Shown: positions 18,721-27,982, counted from the first letter of the stretch. The stretch: DNA of 64,000 nt from Verrucomicrobiota bacterium (GCA_047947115.1 CP170459.1:2176001-2240000); one strand, 5' to 3'. Numbers and translations: made by a program. Notes: generated by a model from the sequence alone, not told the origin.

Positions 18721-21176
18721 TCGCGGGACCGTTCTCCCCCAGGGGCAGTGGCCGCTGGGCCAATCACCACAGGTTCTCCTTCGGTCGGAATGACCCGGAC
18801 CACCCCTTTGGCAGACTCCAAACGTATCATTTTCCTTGTGCCTGTGTCCCATATGATCGGATTTGACTGAAAAGGATGCTTTTTCAACTGATCGATCCAT
18901 CGGTCCCTTCGGTCAGGGGCAATTCCGGTCACCAGAATCAATTGCGGCCCAAGTGAATCCATCCAGTAGTAGTTGGGAGAAATGTCTTCTTTCGGGCGAT
19001 TGATTACCAAGATATCGGCATGCAGGTTTGGATGCCGGTTGGAAAGTGCGATTACACCGTCCCGGCTGAGGTCCCCCGCGAATAGAATCTGGCAGTCTCC
19101 CCATTGAACCAAACCTACCAGGTTGGTGTCGTCCGCTCGCCGAAAACCGCTGCCGATGGGGGGATGCAGGATCTTCATTTGTCCGATCGAAATCCCTTCA
19201 CCGATGAGTTCCATTTTCCATCCATTCGTTTCTGCAGTGGCCAGTAGACTTTTGTAGTAGGGTGATCGGTAGCCATCCTTGTAGGAAACGATTCGTTGCG
19301 GAGGGTAGCGGTGAATCAAATCTTCATATCCGCCTATGTGGTCCGCATCCCCGTGCGAGATCCAGAGGTCATTCAATCGGTTGACGCCCCTGGATTCGAG
19401 GAAGGGGATGAGTGTCCGCAAGACGGTTCGTCGACTTCCTCCATCGATCAAAGAATCGTGCAACTCACCTGCCTGATTCATCCAGATCGCATCTCCGTCC
19501 TCGATCGGTAAAAGCGAGATTTCCTGTTTGCGCCAGGACAGCTCGATGTGTGTCAGCACAAGAAGAAGAGTCAGTGCCCCACAACCATATACGGCCCGCT
19601 TTCTCCAAATGTGCTTTTGGCACCCCATGGCGATGAGCACAAGAAATGCGTAATAATACCATAGGACCGAAGCCGGCAGTGGGCTGACATGGAAGTGTGA
19701 CAGGGGAAGTGACGACATCCATTGTCCCATGCGCATCATACATTCCATCCAGAACCAGCCGCTGTGGTTGAAAAGTTCCGTCAACCACGGTGCCCAGGTT
19801 GCGCAAGCCAGACTGCCCATGGCACAGGTGATGGTCGCTCCGGCAAGCGGTACCATCAGTATGTTTCCTGCCAGCCCCACCGGTGTCACCAGATGAAATT
19901 GTTGCCAGATGATGGGCAGCGAACCGATCCAGGCAGCCAGCGAAACGGAAAGAGCTGCAGCCAGTTTACGCGCACACCAGTTCCGGCACCGTTGGGGGGC
20001 GCTGAGCCGCTCCTTGAGTATCCATGGATCCGATTCTAGCCGTTTTGACAGGAATTGCCGAATGGGTTCCGAGGTGGTGGCCAAGCCCAGAACGACTCCG
20101 AAAGACAGTTGGAAACCAATCTGGAACAGCTGGGTGGGCTGCCAGATAAGCACGAACCAGGCAGCGGTAAAAAGGGAGTTGAGCAGGGTGTGCGGTTTCT
20201 TCAGGATCCAACCGCTCAACATCACCGATGTCATGATTCCCGCACGAATCGCCGAGGTTTGCCAGCCGGTGATCGCCACATAACACCACATGGCCACCAA
20301 GGTCCATGTTCCGGCGTGCCACCTTGATCGAATCACCCATTGCATGCCTGCGAGCAGAAGTCCGGTCACCATGGCCACATGCAACCCGCTGATGGCAAAC
20401 AAATGCATCGATCCTGACCAACGAAATGGTTCGATCATGTCCTCGTTCAACCAGGATTTCAGGCCCAGCACCATGGCCCCTCTCAATTGGGTTGCCTCAT
20501 CCATTTCCGGCAGACCATGTGAGAGAGCATTCATTGCCCATATCCTGAATTGATCCGTCCATGGCCTTTTTGGAAGATCAGGTTCGGTCATTTGAATGGT
20601 CCAGGCATTCGGTGAATCTGCGTAAAGGATGTGGTGGATACCCTGCTGCTCCAGATAGGTTCGGTAGTCGAATAATCCGTCTGCGATCGGGCGGGCGGGA
20701 GTGGTTAAGACACCGGTGATCCGCACTGGTATCCCTTTGTAAAAGGATGCTGGAAGCATTCCCGAAGTTCGGACCCGGATCTGTCCTGTTGCGGGTATTA
20801 AATCTGTGGCATGAGCCAGTTGGTTAAGGTGTACTGTTGCCAGATTGCTATGTGTTTCCTGGCCGTTTATTCTGGATGTTTTTTGGCTGGGAGTTTCAGT
20901 CAAAACACCTTCGACGGTAACATACCAGCCTTCTCCGAGATCAAGATGGCGCACATCCGCCGGGTGGACCGGGCGGGTATGCATGGCATGAAGGCAAGCC
21001 CCGCTCGTGATCAACATGGCGATCAGCCAGCACGGCCTCGAACGTTTCATCTGGATGAAGCAAAGTCCCGTCCCAAGAAAACAGACCATCCAAAGGCCGA
21101 TCGGCAGTGGCAGCAGGTTGTTCAGACATATGCCACCCGCGAAAGCCAGCGTGATTTTGAGCATCGGGTGGTGCAT
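18684..21176 (-). CDS. comEC: ComEC/Rec2 competence protein with metallo-beta-lactamase domain
   Basis: FDYRTYL, HLFAISGLHV, SAIRAGIM, GFQLSF, SHGDADHIGG, FAGD. Confidence 0.92.
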   Translation of the reverse strand: MHHPMLKITLAFAGGICLNNLLPLPIGLWMVCFLGTGLCFIQMKRSRPCWLIAMLITSGACLHAMHTRPVHPADVRHLDLGEGWYVTVEGVLTETPSQKTSRINGQETHSNLATVHLNQLAHATDLIPATGQIRVRTSGMLPASFYKGIPVRITGVLTTPARPIADGLFDYRTYLEQQGIHHILYADSPNAWTIQMTEPDLPKRPWTDQFRIWAMNALSHGLPEMDEATQLRGAMVLGLKSWLNEDMIEPFRWSGSMHLFAISGLHVAMVTGLLLAGMQWVIRSRWHAGTWTLVAMWCYVAITGWQTSAIRAGIMTSVMLSGWILKKPHTLLNSLFTAAWFVLIWQPTQLFQIGFQLSFGVVLGLATTSEPIRQFLSKRLESDPWILKERLSAPQRCRNWCARKLAAALSVSLAAWIGSLPIIWQQFHLVTPVGLAGNILMVPLAGATITCAMGSLACATWAPWLTELFNHSGWFWMECMMRMGQWMSSLPLSHFHVSPLPASVLWYYYAFLVLIAMGCQKHIWRKRAVYGCGALTLLLVLTHIELSWRKQEISLLPIEDGDAIWMNQAGELHDSLIDGGSRRTVLRTLIPFLESRGVNRLNDLWISHGDADHIGGYEDLIHRYPPQRIVSYKDGYRSPYYKSLLATAETNGWKMELIGEGISIGQMKILHPPIGSGFRRADDTNLVGLVQWGDCQILFAGDLSRDGVIALSNRHPNLHADILVINRPKEDISPNYYWMDSLGPQLILVTGIAPDRRDRWIDQLKKHPFQSNPIIWDTGTRKMIRLESAKGVVRVIPTEGEPVVIGPAATAPGGERSRDYGLLGSTISNL

Positions 21177-21179
21177 GTT

Positions 21180-21638
21180 TCACTCCTTTTTCCTGCGTGT
21201 TCGCCAGCGAATCCAGCCCATTGCCAGGGCGCCTCCCAGTGTGTCGATACCGACGTCTACCGGGCTGCCGACACGTTGATCCGTCAGGGTTTGATGCCAT
21301 TCATCGGTTCCGGCGTACAACAGGCAAATAATCAAACAGCCTGCCGCATAAGCGGGTTTCCAAACCTGTAACGGACGATGTTGAGTAGCATTGAGGGCGC
21401 GATACCAAAGAAGAAACAGGATGGCATATTCGGTAAGGTGCCCCGCTTTTCGAACCACCAGCTGAATGGAGGCAATTGTGGCGTCGGCGATGTCCGGAAC
21501 AAAAAATCTCAGCAGGGGACCGATTAGTCGGGACGTTTGATGACCGGAAAAATGGTCCGTTGAAAAGAGCGAGATGACAGCCATCCAGATTAATGGTGGC
21601 AGCCAGAACTTCATCCAATGTCTGATAGCGATGGACAT
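21180..21638 (-). CDS. VanZ family membrane protein
   Basis: VRKAGHLTEYAIL, YAGTDEWHQ, R.GS..DVGID. Confidence 0.9.
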   Translation of the reverse strand: MSIAIRHWMKFWLPPLIWMAVISLFSTDHFSGHQTSRLIGPLLRFFVPDIADATIASIQLVVRKAGHLTEYAILFLLWYRALNATQHRPLQVWKPAYAAGCLIICLLYAGTDEWHQTLTDQRVGSPVDVGIDTLGGALAMGWIRWRTRRKKE

Positions 21639-21654
21639 GATTGTTGATGGTTTG

Positions 21655-21705
21655 CAAAAGGGAGTCCGGACAGTCTGACGCGGTTTTACCGTCCGGTTCT
21701 ACTCC
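21655..21705 (-). terminator. Bulged stem-loop with short U-tract upstream of vanZ
   Basis: Plus strand reads GGAGT-CCGGACAGT-loop-ACCGTCCGG-ttct-ACTCC. On the minus strand it is followed by CTTTT. Confidence 0.5.
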
Positions 21706-21844
21706 GGGGGACTGCCTGAAGCCTGAACCAGTGGGCTGTCGCAGCAATCAATGCGAAGGCATCGACCAACATCTCGTATGCCGGATGCTCGTCTCAGCAG
21801 CGTGATACGGAATCGTAAAGCCGAAGGACAGCGCCATCAAGCAT

Positions 21845-22078
21845 TCAAAAATTGAATTTGTCGTTCATGCAACCACACTGAGGGCAGCGCGCTCGATCGA
21901 CCGTGGGGTCATCCGTATAAACAAAAGCGCAATCCGAGCATCGAAACACATGGTCATCGGTTTCCTTGGGCTCGAAGCGACGGCGTCGGATGTCCGAATA
22001 TACCGCACAAAGCAGCACTGCGGCCAAGGTAATTGAAACGTAGGCTATCATCCATTCGCTCAAGGCGCTCACGTTCAT
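21845..22078 (-). CDS. Small single-TM protein with C-terminal Zn-ribbon
   Basis: 77 aa: TM helix, RRRR, then CSDC...CPQC. The ATG overlaps the TGA of the upstream gene. Confidence 0.8.
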   Translation of the reverse strand: MNVSALSEWMIAYVSITLAAVLLCAVYSDIRRRRFEPKETDDHVFRCSDCAFVYTDDPTVDRARCPQCGCMNDKFNF

Positions 22079-22863
22079 CGGACACCTCCCTCCGGTTGCG
22101 GTTGGATGACCGGCCTTGTTGTTTGTCGCAACCATTGGATTTCAACATCACCCCATTCCAGAGGTCCGGGAGATGCTTCGTTCCAGTTCGGATCCCGCTG
22201 AAACATCATGGTTTTAATTTTGCGAATGGCTTGTTGGACAAAATCCTGTTCGTTTTGGTCCCATGCAGAGGGGTTCTCAAGGCGCACCGATTGGACCAGT
22301 CCCAGGGGATCGATGCCAAGTTGCAGACGGGTCGGCTCCAAAGGCTCAGATCCGGTCCATGCAGGCAATTCAGGTAAGGAGTCGGGCAGCCTGTTTTGGA
22401 GGTTTTGACCGAACTGCAGCTGGGTTTGAGCTTGTGCGAAGGGATTTGGAGGCAGCGCCTCATTCAGTTCCGCACCGGGCTTGTCAATGGGTTTCCAAAG
22501 GTTCTCGGATAATCGATCGGAAAAATGAAGGAAAGAATGCCCCCAGTCGGTTTGTGGATGTTCCAGATAGCGGTAAGATTCCCCCCAGTCGCTGTATGGA
22601 TTTTGGTTTTCAAAGGATTTGTTCCAAAGGTCACTGGTGAATCCCCGTTCATTGGCCTGCGCCATCAGCAATGGATTTCTTACCAAGGGATGGGTTTTGA
22701 TGATGGGGTCCCAGGAAGTTCCTGCAGCCATTACCACTGATGAAGTGGGGAGCGTGCGTTTTGCCTTGGCCGGATCATGCAGGGGCACCTGGTAAAAACA
22801 GATCATCACCCCGTGAAACAGGGCGACCGCACCATAAATGCTCCATGTCCTTTTGTTGATCAT
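22075..22863 (-). CDS. Membrane-anchored protein with putative TonB/TolA-like C-terminal domain
   Basis: N-terminal TM containing His (AVALFHGVM), long linker, then LQLGIDPLGLVQSVRL...FVQQAIRKIKTMMF, a TonB_C-like pattern. Follows exbD. Confidence 0.6.
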   Translation of the reverse strand: MINKRTWSIYGAVALFHGVMICFYQVPLHDPAKAKRTLPTSSVVMAAGTSWDPIIKTHPLVRNPLLMAQANERGFTSDLWNKSFENQNPYSDWGESYRYLEHPQTDWGHSFLHFSDRLSENLWKPIDKPGAELNEALPPNPFAQAQTQLQFGQNLQNRLPDSLPELPAWTGSEPLEPTRLQLGIDPLGLVQSVRLENPSAWDQNEQDFVQQAIRKIKTMMFQRDPNWNEASPGPLEWGDVEIQWLRQTTRPVIQPQPEGGVR

Positions 22864-22883
22864 GATCCCTGATCGCGCGGGGT

Positions 22884-23315
22884 TTATTTGGTCTGGAATG
22901 AAAATGGCTTCGTTTTGGTTGCCAGCAACGTGCGGGTCACTCCCGATTTGGAGGCGATGTGCGAAATCCTCGAAATAACCGACAGTTGCGTCGCTTCATC
23001 TCCCTGTATGACCAGGGTGGGCGGGGATTCAAATTTTTGGACCGCCTCTTTCAATCGATTTTCAAACTCCGTTTCCGGCACATGTTGACTTTCGAAAAAG
23101 ATTTTTCCATGAACATCGATGGCAATTGGAATCACTGGGGGTTGAATTCCCGGTACATCCTTATTTCCCAGATCCGGCAATTCAATTTGAACACCGGGGG
23201 AATACACCAGCAAGGTGCTGAAAATCAGCATCAGACACAGCAGGAAAAAAATACCGGCAAATGGAGCGACATCCAGTTGACCGCGGAATATTTTTGCGTT
23301 TCGCGGAAATTTCAT
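22884..23315 (-). CDS. exbD: ExbD/TolR family protein
   Basis: Single N-terminal TM, VQIELP, IAIDVHGKIFF, LVIQGD. Directly downstream of exbB. Confidence 0.85.
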   Translation of the reverse strand: MKFPRNAKIFRGQLDVAPFAGIFFLLCLMLIFSTLLVYSPGVQIELPDLGNKDVPGIQPPVIPIAIDVHGKIFFESQHVPETEFENRLKEAVQKFESPPTLVIQGDEATQLSVISRISHIASKSGVTRTLLATKTKPFSFQTK

Positions 23316-23323
23316 GGTGCGAA

Positions 23324-23950
23324 CTAGTCCCTGTTTCCAAAGGTCTCGGTGACGATGCTGACGATTTCAGATGAAGCTTTTTCCATGTCCAGTACGATGG
23401 AATTGACACGGCTGACCAGATAATTATAAGCAGCATAACTGGGAATGGCGACTGCAATCCCCCCGGCGGTGCAGATCAGGGCCTTCCAGATGCCTGCGGC
23501 CATTTCCGGAATACGGGCGTAGAGGCCGGCATCGGCTATATGCTTGAAGGTGTCCATCATCCCCAAAGCAGTGCCCAACAATCCGATCAATGGCGCGATC
23601 TGCGCAACGGTTGCCAAGAGATTTAGTTTTTCTTCCAGGCGCGGCACTTCCATCAGGCCTGCTTCTTCCAGCGATTCTCTTACACCGTCCTTGCCTTGTT
23701 CTCTGCTGAGAATCGCGGCCTTGACCAATCGCGCCACCGGCCCCGGGGTGGCTTCACAAATCGAAATGGCCTCCACGACGTTGTCCCGTTTTAACACGTT
23801 GCGAACGCCGTTGATGAATTCCATGGAATTGATTTGAGATCGGTGATAATGCAACAATCTCTCAAGAAACACCCCGATGGCGGCGATGCTTGCAATAACA
23901 AGCAGCCACATCACGGGGCCTCCCTGCACGATAAGTTCCGGCGTTCTCAT
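23324..23950 (-). CDS. exbB: MotA/TolQ/ExbB proton channel family protein
   Basis: GGPVMW, LATVAQIAPLIGLLGT, GIWKALICTAGGIAVAIP. Confidence 0.92.
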   Translation of the reverse strand: MRTPELIVQGGPVMWLLVIASIAAIGVFLERLLHYHRSQINSMEFINGVRNVLKRDNVVEAISICEATPGPVARLVKAAILSREQGKDGVRESLEEAGLMEVPRLEEKLNLLATVAQIAPLIGLLGTALGMMDTFKHIADAGLYARIPEMAAGIWKALICTAGGIAVAIPSYAAYNYLVSRVNSIVLDMEKASSEIVSIVTETFGNRD

Positions 23951-24079
23951 GACTGTCTTATAGGCTCCAAATCGACCACCCGCAAGAGTGATCCAAGGAA
24001 AATACTTTTTGAAAAAGGGGCATAAGTGTGGAGGGGGGACATTTTTTCCTTGCCCAAAGCACGAAGCAACTTTGATGGA

Positions 24080-24526
24080 TCAAATCCTTACTTTGATCAC
24101 TATTTTTTTGACCTGCCGAGATTCCTGAATCGATATGCCGGGCATATGGGCGTCTTGAGGCTTGAGGAGGGCGAACATCCCGGGACGGAGCGTAACGAAA
24201 TTTCCGTTACCCTTCAGTTTATAGAAATCCCGATCTTCGTCATAAGGCTCCGCCACCATTGAGGACACCGGCGCATATCCTATTTGTTCCTCCCCGGAAA
24301 TGACGCATTGCACATCCAGATGTTTGAGGTGGGCCTCCCAGAAACCATCGGCCATGGGTTTCGTTTGATACGATTCCACTATTGCAAAGACTCGATCCCC
24401 ATCCACCGTGTGGCGTCCTGGTTCGAGGTCATCCATATCCGTCTCCTGCAGAAAACGCAAAGCGGTCCGGATACCTTCACTCAGATCAAAATATTCATCT
24501 GCCTTACAGATTTCGTCGATAATCAT
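24080..24526 (-). CDS. YhcH/YjgK/YiaL family protein
   Basis: WEAHLKHLDVQ..ISGEEQI, PQDAHMP, KKIVIKV. Confidence 0.92.
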   Translation of the reverse strand: MIIDEICKADEYFDLSEGIRTALRFLQETDMDDLEPGRHTVDGDRVFAIVESYQTKPMADGFWEAHLKHLDVQCVISGEEQIGYAPVSSMVAEPYDEDRDFYKLKGNGNFVTLRPGMFALLKPQDAHMPGISIQESRQVKKIVIKVRI

Positions 24527-24703
24527 GCGTCTGGTTTACACAACCGGAACTTGGACTTGAAGTCCAAAAGCAGGCTTGGTAGGGCATTCCACTCCAACAT
24601 GCCCACATTGATCAGCCAGAATGACAATCTTATCCGCAGAAATGGAAGGAACAATGCACGGCTTGCTTTGACATGCTCCCCTGTGCCAAGTCATGATCCC
24701 ACA

Positions 24704-24880
24704 ATGTCTGATCATTTAACATGCGAATGCCCCTATTGCGGATGTGAATCATCCGTTCCGGTAGATGTTTGGGATGGTGATTGGGAGACGGTGAGTGATT
24801 GTGAAAACTGCTGTCGTCCATTCCGCATCATCGCCACCTTGCATGCTGGGAAAGTTGAGGATTTCCAGGTCGAATGTTGA
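24704..24880 (+). CDS. CPXCG-motif cysteine-rich small protein
   Basis: 58 aa with CPYCG...DCENCCRP. It is the 3' part of ORF 24284..24880. Confidence 0.85.
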   Translation: MSDHLTCECPYCGCESSVPVDVWDGDWETVSDCENCCRPFRIIATLHAGKVEDFQVEC

Positions 24881-24931
24881 CGAGGTATCATGACCCCGCT
24901 CGGATCCAGCTCCTTGTTTTGTCAAACCTGA

Positions 24932-24962
24932 TAAAGAAAGCCCGCCTTCAGGGAAGGCGGGC
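24932..24962 (-). terminator. Rho-independent terminator
   Basis: GCCCGCCTTC-AGG-GAAGGCGGGC with an A-rich left flank, between convergent genes. Confidence 0.8.
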
Positions 24963-25000
24963 CTGGTTCGGGATTCGAAGATATGATACGGCTCCCTAGT

Positions 25001-27982
25001 TTACTCCTCGGCTTTGTTACAAATACGGAAGAAGCAGCACTCTCCGTTCAACTCCACATAAACCGAAGTGACGTCGGTTTGTTCGGGTGATACCGACAGC
25101 AGATTCATGGGGTTTCCGGTTTCAATTGCAAAGGGCACCTGTTCCCAATCACCGTCCAGTCCTTCCGATGCTTCCACGATCATGGAAGACTGGAATGGTG
25201 TGTCGCTGACCAACTGAAGGCAGGGCGCATCCTCGCCTTCTCCTGCCACGAACACGGAACGCAGGTTTGGGCGGTTGGTGTCTGTGGTGGCTGGGATGAG
25301 GTGCAGCGGAACCATGGTGGCTGTTTGGGTGGCTTGGCCTTCTTGACGCCAGTAGAGGTTGAGCGAGGCGAGGGTGTGAATCTCGTTCAGATCTATATTG
25401 TTTGTTTTCCAATCCATGGCGATGCGAACCACTTTGGATTCGCCAGGGCCAATTTCGATGATGTTTGTCCACACTTCGTTCAGTTTGTCGCTGCCCTGTT
25501 TGAAACCGAGCAAACGACTGGTTTCCGTGGCGACCAATTGCAGGCGTGCGCTGGTTGCCAGGGGGTTCTCAATGACGAATCCAACATCCACGGCAGCACC
25601 AACTGGCACGGCGACCAATCCGGGCTGGGGGTTCTGCGGGTTGCCTTCGCCCATGTGTTTCACTGCAGGATCATCGGTTGCTTTCAGCTGGCTGCGGCAG
25701 AAGCTCTTTTCTCCGGTCGCCGTATCCACCATGGAAAATCCCCACCAGGCGCAGGGCAATTGTCCCTGCATCAATTTTTCGCAACTGATGGCCACTGGGA
25801 TTTCAATGCATTCTCCCGCGGGGACTGCCACCATACCGGATGATGGGGTGAAATCATTGACAGCATCCAAAACCACAGGGCAGTCGGGTGTGGGGGGCGG
25901 CAGTTCGATTTTCCATTGGATTTCCCGATCCTTATCGGATTTGTTGCAGATGACCAACAGCGTCTTGGCGAACTGCTCGTTGGGACAGCAATACACCACT
26001 TCAGGCAACCAGCAGCAGATCCCTTCCTCGTTGGGTTGGTCTTTCTTGGGAACGTCGAAACAGAGCGTCCGCAGGCAGCAGGTTTCCAACTGTTCATTGT
26101 GGAAGGTGAGCGGAAGTTTGGCCTGTTGACCGGGGATGACACCGGTTACCTTGAAGCAGATGACTCTCGATTCTCCTGGAGCGAGGGGAGGAGTCAATGT
26201 TACGAAAGAAGGATCGGTGGTCATGCCGGAAGAGGGATCGGGCAGAGTGTAGATGTAATAAAGGTCTCCGGTTCCCTGGTTGGTCACTTGCAAGCACACC
26301 TCGGCTATGGCGGTTCCGTCGGCCTGTAGTTCCAGGCATTCGACTGATTCAACCGCGAGTTCCACGCAGCCGCATTCGGGGATGTGGATCCGCACTTTCT
26401 TGGTGCAGCATTCTTTGAGTTGACCCTGTTCCAGTGCCAGTAGTGTGACATTGAAACAGATTTCCGTGCCCGGAACCACACCAAGTAGTTCGATGTCGCT
26501 CAGTGTGATCGGATCTCCGTCTGCCAGGGCTGGGACCAGTGGGAATTGATTCGGTACCAGTCCGGTGATTCCGGTGTCGGGTGTTATCAATGCCCAGTGA
26601 ACATCCTGGCCGGATTGATTGGTGATGTCGAAGTCGACCGTGTAGTTTCCTCCTTCTTCAGTCGGGCATTCGATTTCAATGTTTTCGACAAGCATGCAAT
26701 CGCAATCATTCCAGATGGCGAGCGCTCCGATGAGAGTTTTGTCCTGATGAACGATGTCGCCGTCCAGATCGATCAAAACACTGTTGGCGGTGGCCGGTGT
26801 GTCGGCTGCATTGCCACCAGCCTGGATGCGTTGGACGCCGTAAATGTTTCCGTGGAGGATGTCCCCGGTGACCCAGACGTTCTCATCACAGTCTGCCACG
26901 ACGCCTCCTGCACTGAGTTTGGTGCTGTCACCCACGCGGTATTGGTTTTCTGGATTGGCGGTCCAGGTGGTTGTGTCGCCGCTGTAGGAAAGGACGCGAG
27001 CCTGATGCACTCCATCCCATCTGTAGTAACGTTCCGCCAGCAGCATCATGCCGGCTGGTGAGAAATCGATGGAAGCGACAGGCTGGGAGTAGCTGGTGAA
27101 TGCGTCGCGGGGTGGCAGGGTGATTTCAAGCAGTGCCGTTGCGGGCAGGAATTTGCCTGTGGCCGGGTCCAGACCAACGGACCAGATTTCATTGGAAAGC
27201 GTTGCCGAAGGGTTGACTTTATCTTCCCACCAGACGCCATAGTAAAGCCGGTCTTTAAATGCCTTCACGCCCCAGACGCGACGTCCCAATGCAGACAAGG
27301 TGTTTGGAGTCCCGGCATCAGGAATGGGCGGCAATGCCATGGCGGCACGTCCGTCGACCCCGTGGTTGTAGGTGATGGGTTCCACCAACAGGGTGCCTGC
27401 ATGGATGCGATAAATCAGTCCGTCTTCGAAACTGCTGACATACAACCAGCTATTACCTGATCCACTTTCCCAATGGCAGAGGTTGCCCAGAGAGGCATTA
27501 CCGGTTCCTGGGATCGTGACCGAGCTGATATTACCTGATGTGCCATCCAGACGATAAACAGCTCCGTGACCTCCTGGCCCTGGAGGGAAGTTTCCATACA
27601 CTGTGGTTGCCGCCACATAGATGTTGGGGTTTGGTTCACGGTCAATGGTGACACCAAATACCTCGCCCAGATTTGCTGCTGTCCAGACCTGAGGCGATCC
27701 TTCATTGTGAAACGCCCAACCCGGAGGCATGAGCCAATTGGTGCCGAGTGTGGCGCCATCACCTATTGGATCGCTGGTATCCATGATCCCGATGACATAA
27801 TTGCTGGGGTCCGGTATGACCGCATTGTTACTGGTGCCCGAGAAACAGGTCACCACGAGTTGATTGGGTTGCAGCGGGAGACCTGCTGCTCCCTGGGTGG
27901 GTTGTGTCCATCCGAACAGTGCCAATAGGGTGCACAGATGTGTTAGTCCGAAAGTACGGACCTTGTTCAAGGCTTGATACAT
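25001..27982 (-). CDS. Secreted 993-aa protein: beta-propeller-like N-terminal half plus Cys-rich Ig-like repeats
   Basis: Strong SD (GAGGAGG), signal peptide, beta-rich N-terminal half, and internal repeats with TNQ...GV.PG...CC motifs. Confidence 0.85.
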   Translation of the reverse strand: MYQALNKVRTFGLTHLCTLLALFGWTQPTQGAAGLPLQPNQLVVTCFSGTSNNAVIPDPSNYVIGIMDTSDPIGDGATLGTNWLMPPGWAFHNEGSPQVWTAANLGEVFGVTIDREPNPNIYVAATTVYGNFPPGPGGHGAVYRLDGTSGNISSVTIPGTGNASLGNLCHWESGSGNSWLYVSSFEDGLIYRIHAGTLLVEPITYNHGVDGRAAMALPPIPDAGTPNTLSALGRRVWGVKAFKDRLYYGVWWEDKVNPSATLSNEIWSVGLDPATGKFLPATALLEITLPPRDAFTSYSQPVASIDFSPAGMMLLAERYYRWDGVHQARVLSYSGDTTTWTANPENQYRVGDSTKLSAGGVVADCDENVWVTGDILHGNIYGVQRIQAGGNAADTPATANSVLIDLDGDIVHQDKTLIGALAIWNDCDCMLVENIEIECPTEEGGNYTVDFDITNQSGQDVHWALITPDTGITGLVPNQFPLVPALADGDPITLSDIELLGVVPGTEICFNVTLLALEQGQLKECCTKKVRIHIPECGCVELAVESVECLELQADGTAIAEVCLQVTNQGTGDLYYIYTLPDPSSGMTTDPSFVTLTPPLAPGESRVICFKVTGVIPGQQAKLPLTFHNEQLETCCLRTLCFDVPKKDQPNEEGICCWLPEVVYCCPNEQFAKTLLVICNKSDKDREIQWKIELPPPTPDCPVVLDAVNDFTPSSGMVAVPAGECIEIPVAISCEKLMQGQLPCAWWGFSMVDTATGEKSFCRSQLKATDDPAVKHMGEGNPQNPQPGLVAVPVGAAVDVGFVIENPLATSARLQLVATETSRLLGFKQGSDKLNEVWTNIIEIGPGESKVVRIAMDWKTNNIDLNEIHTLASLNLYWRQEGQATQTATMVPLHLIPATTDTNRPNLRSVFVAGEGEDAPCLQLVSDTPFQSSMIVEASEGLDGDWEQVPFAIETGNPMNLLSVSPEQTDVTSVYVELNGECCFFRICNKAEE

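Noticed and set aside
21700..21790. 6S RNA or cobalamin riboswitch
   Set aside because: Only short word matches (GAGATGTT, CTGCGAC, CCACTG). Spacing is wrong and the other conserved boxes are missing.
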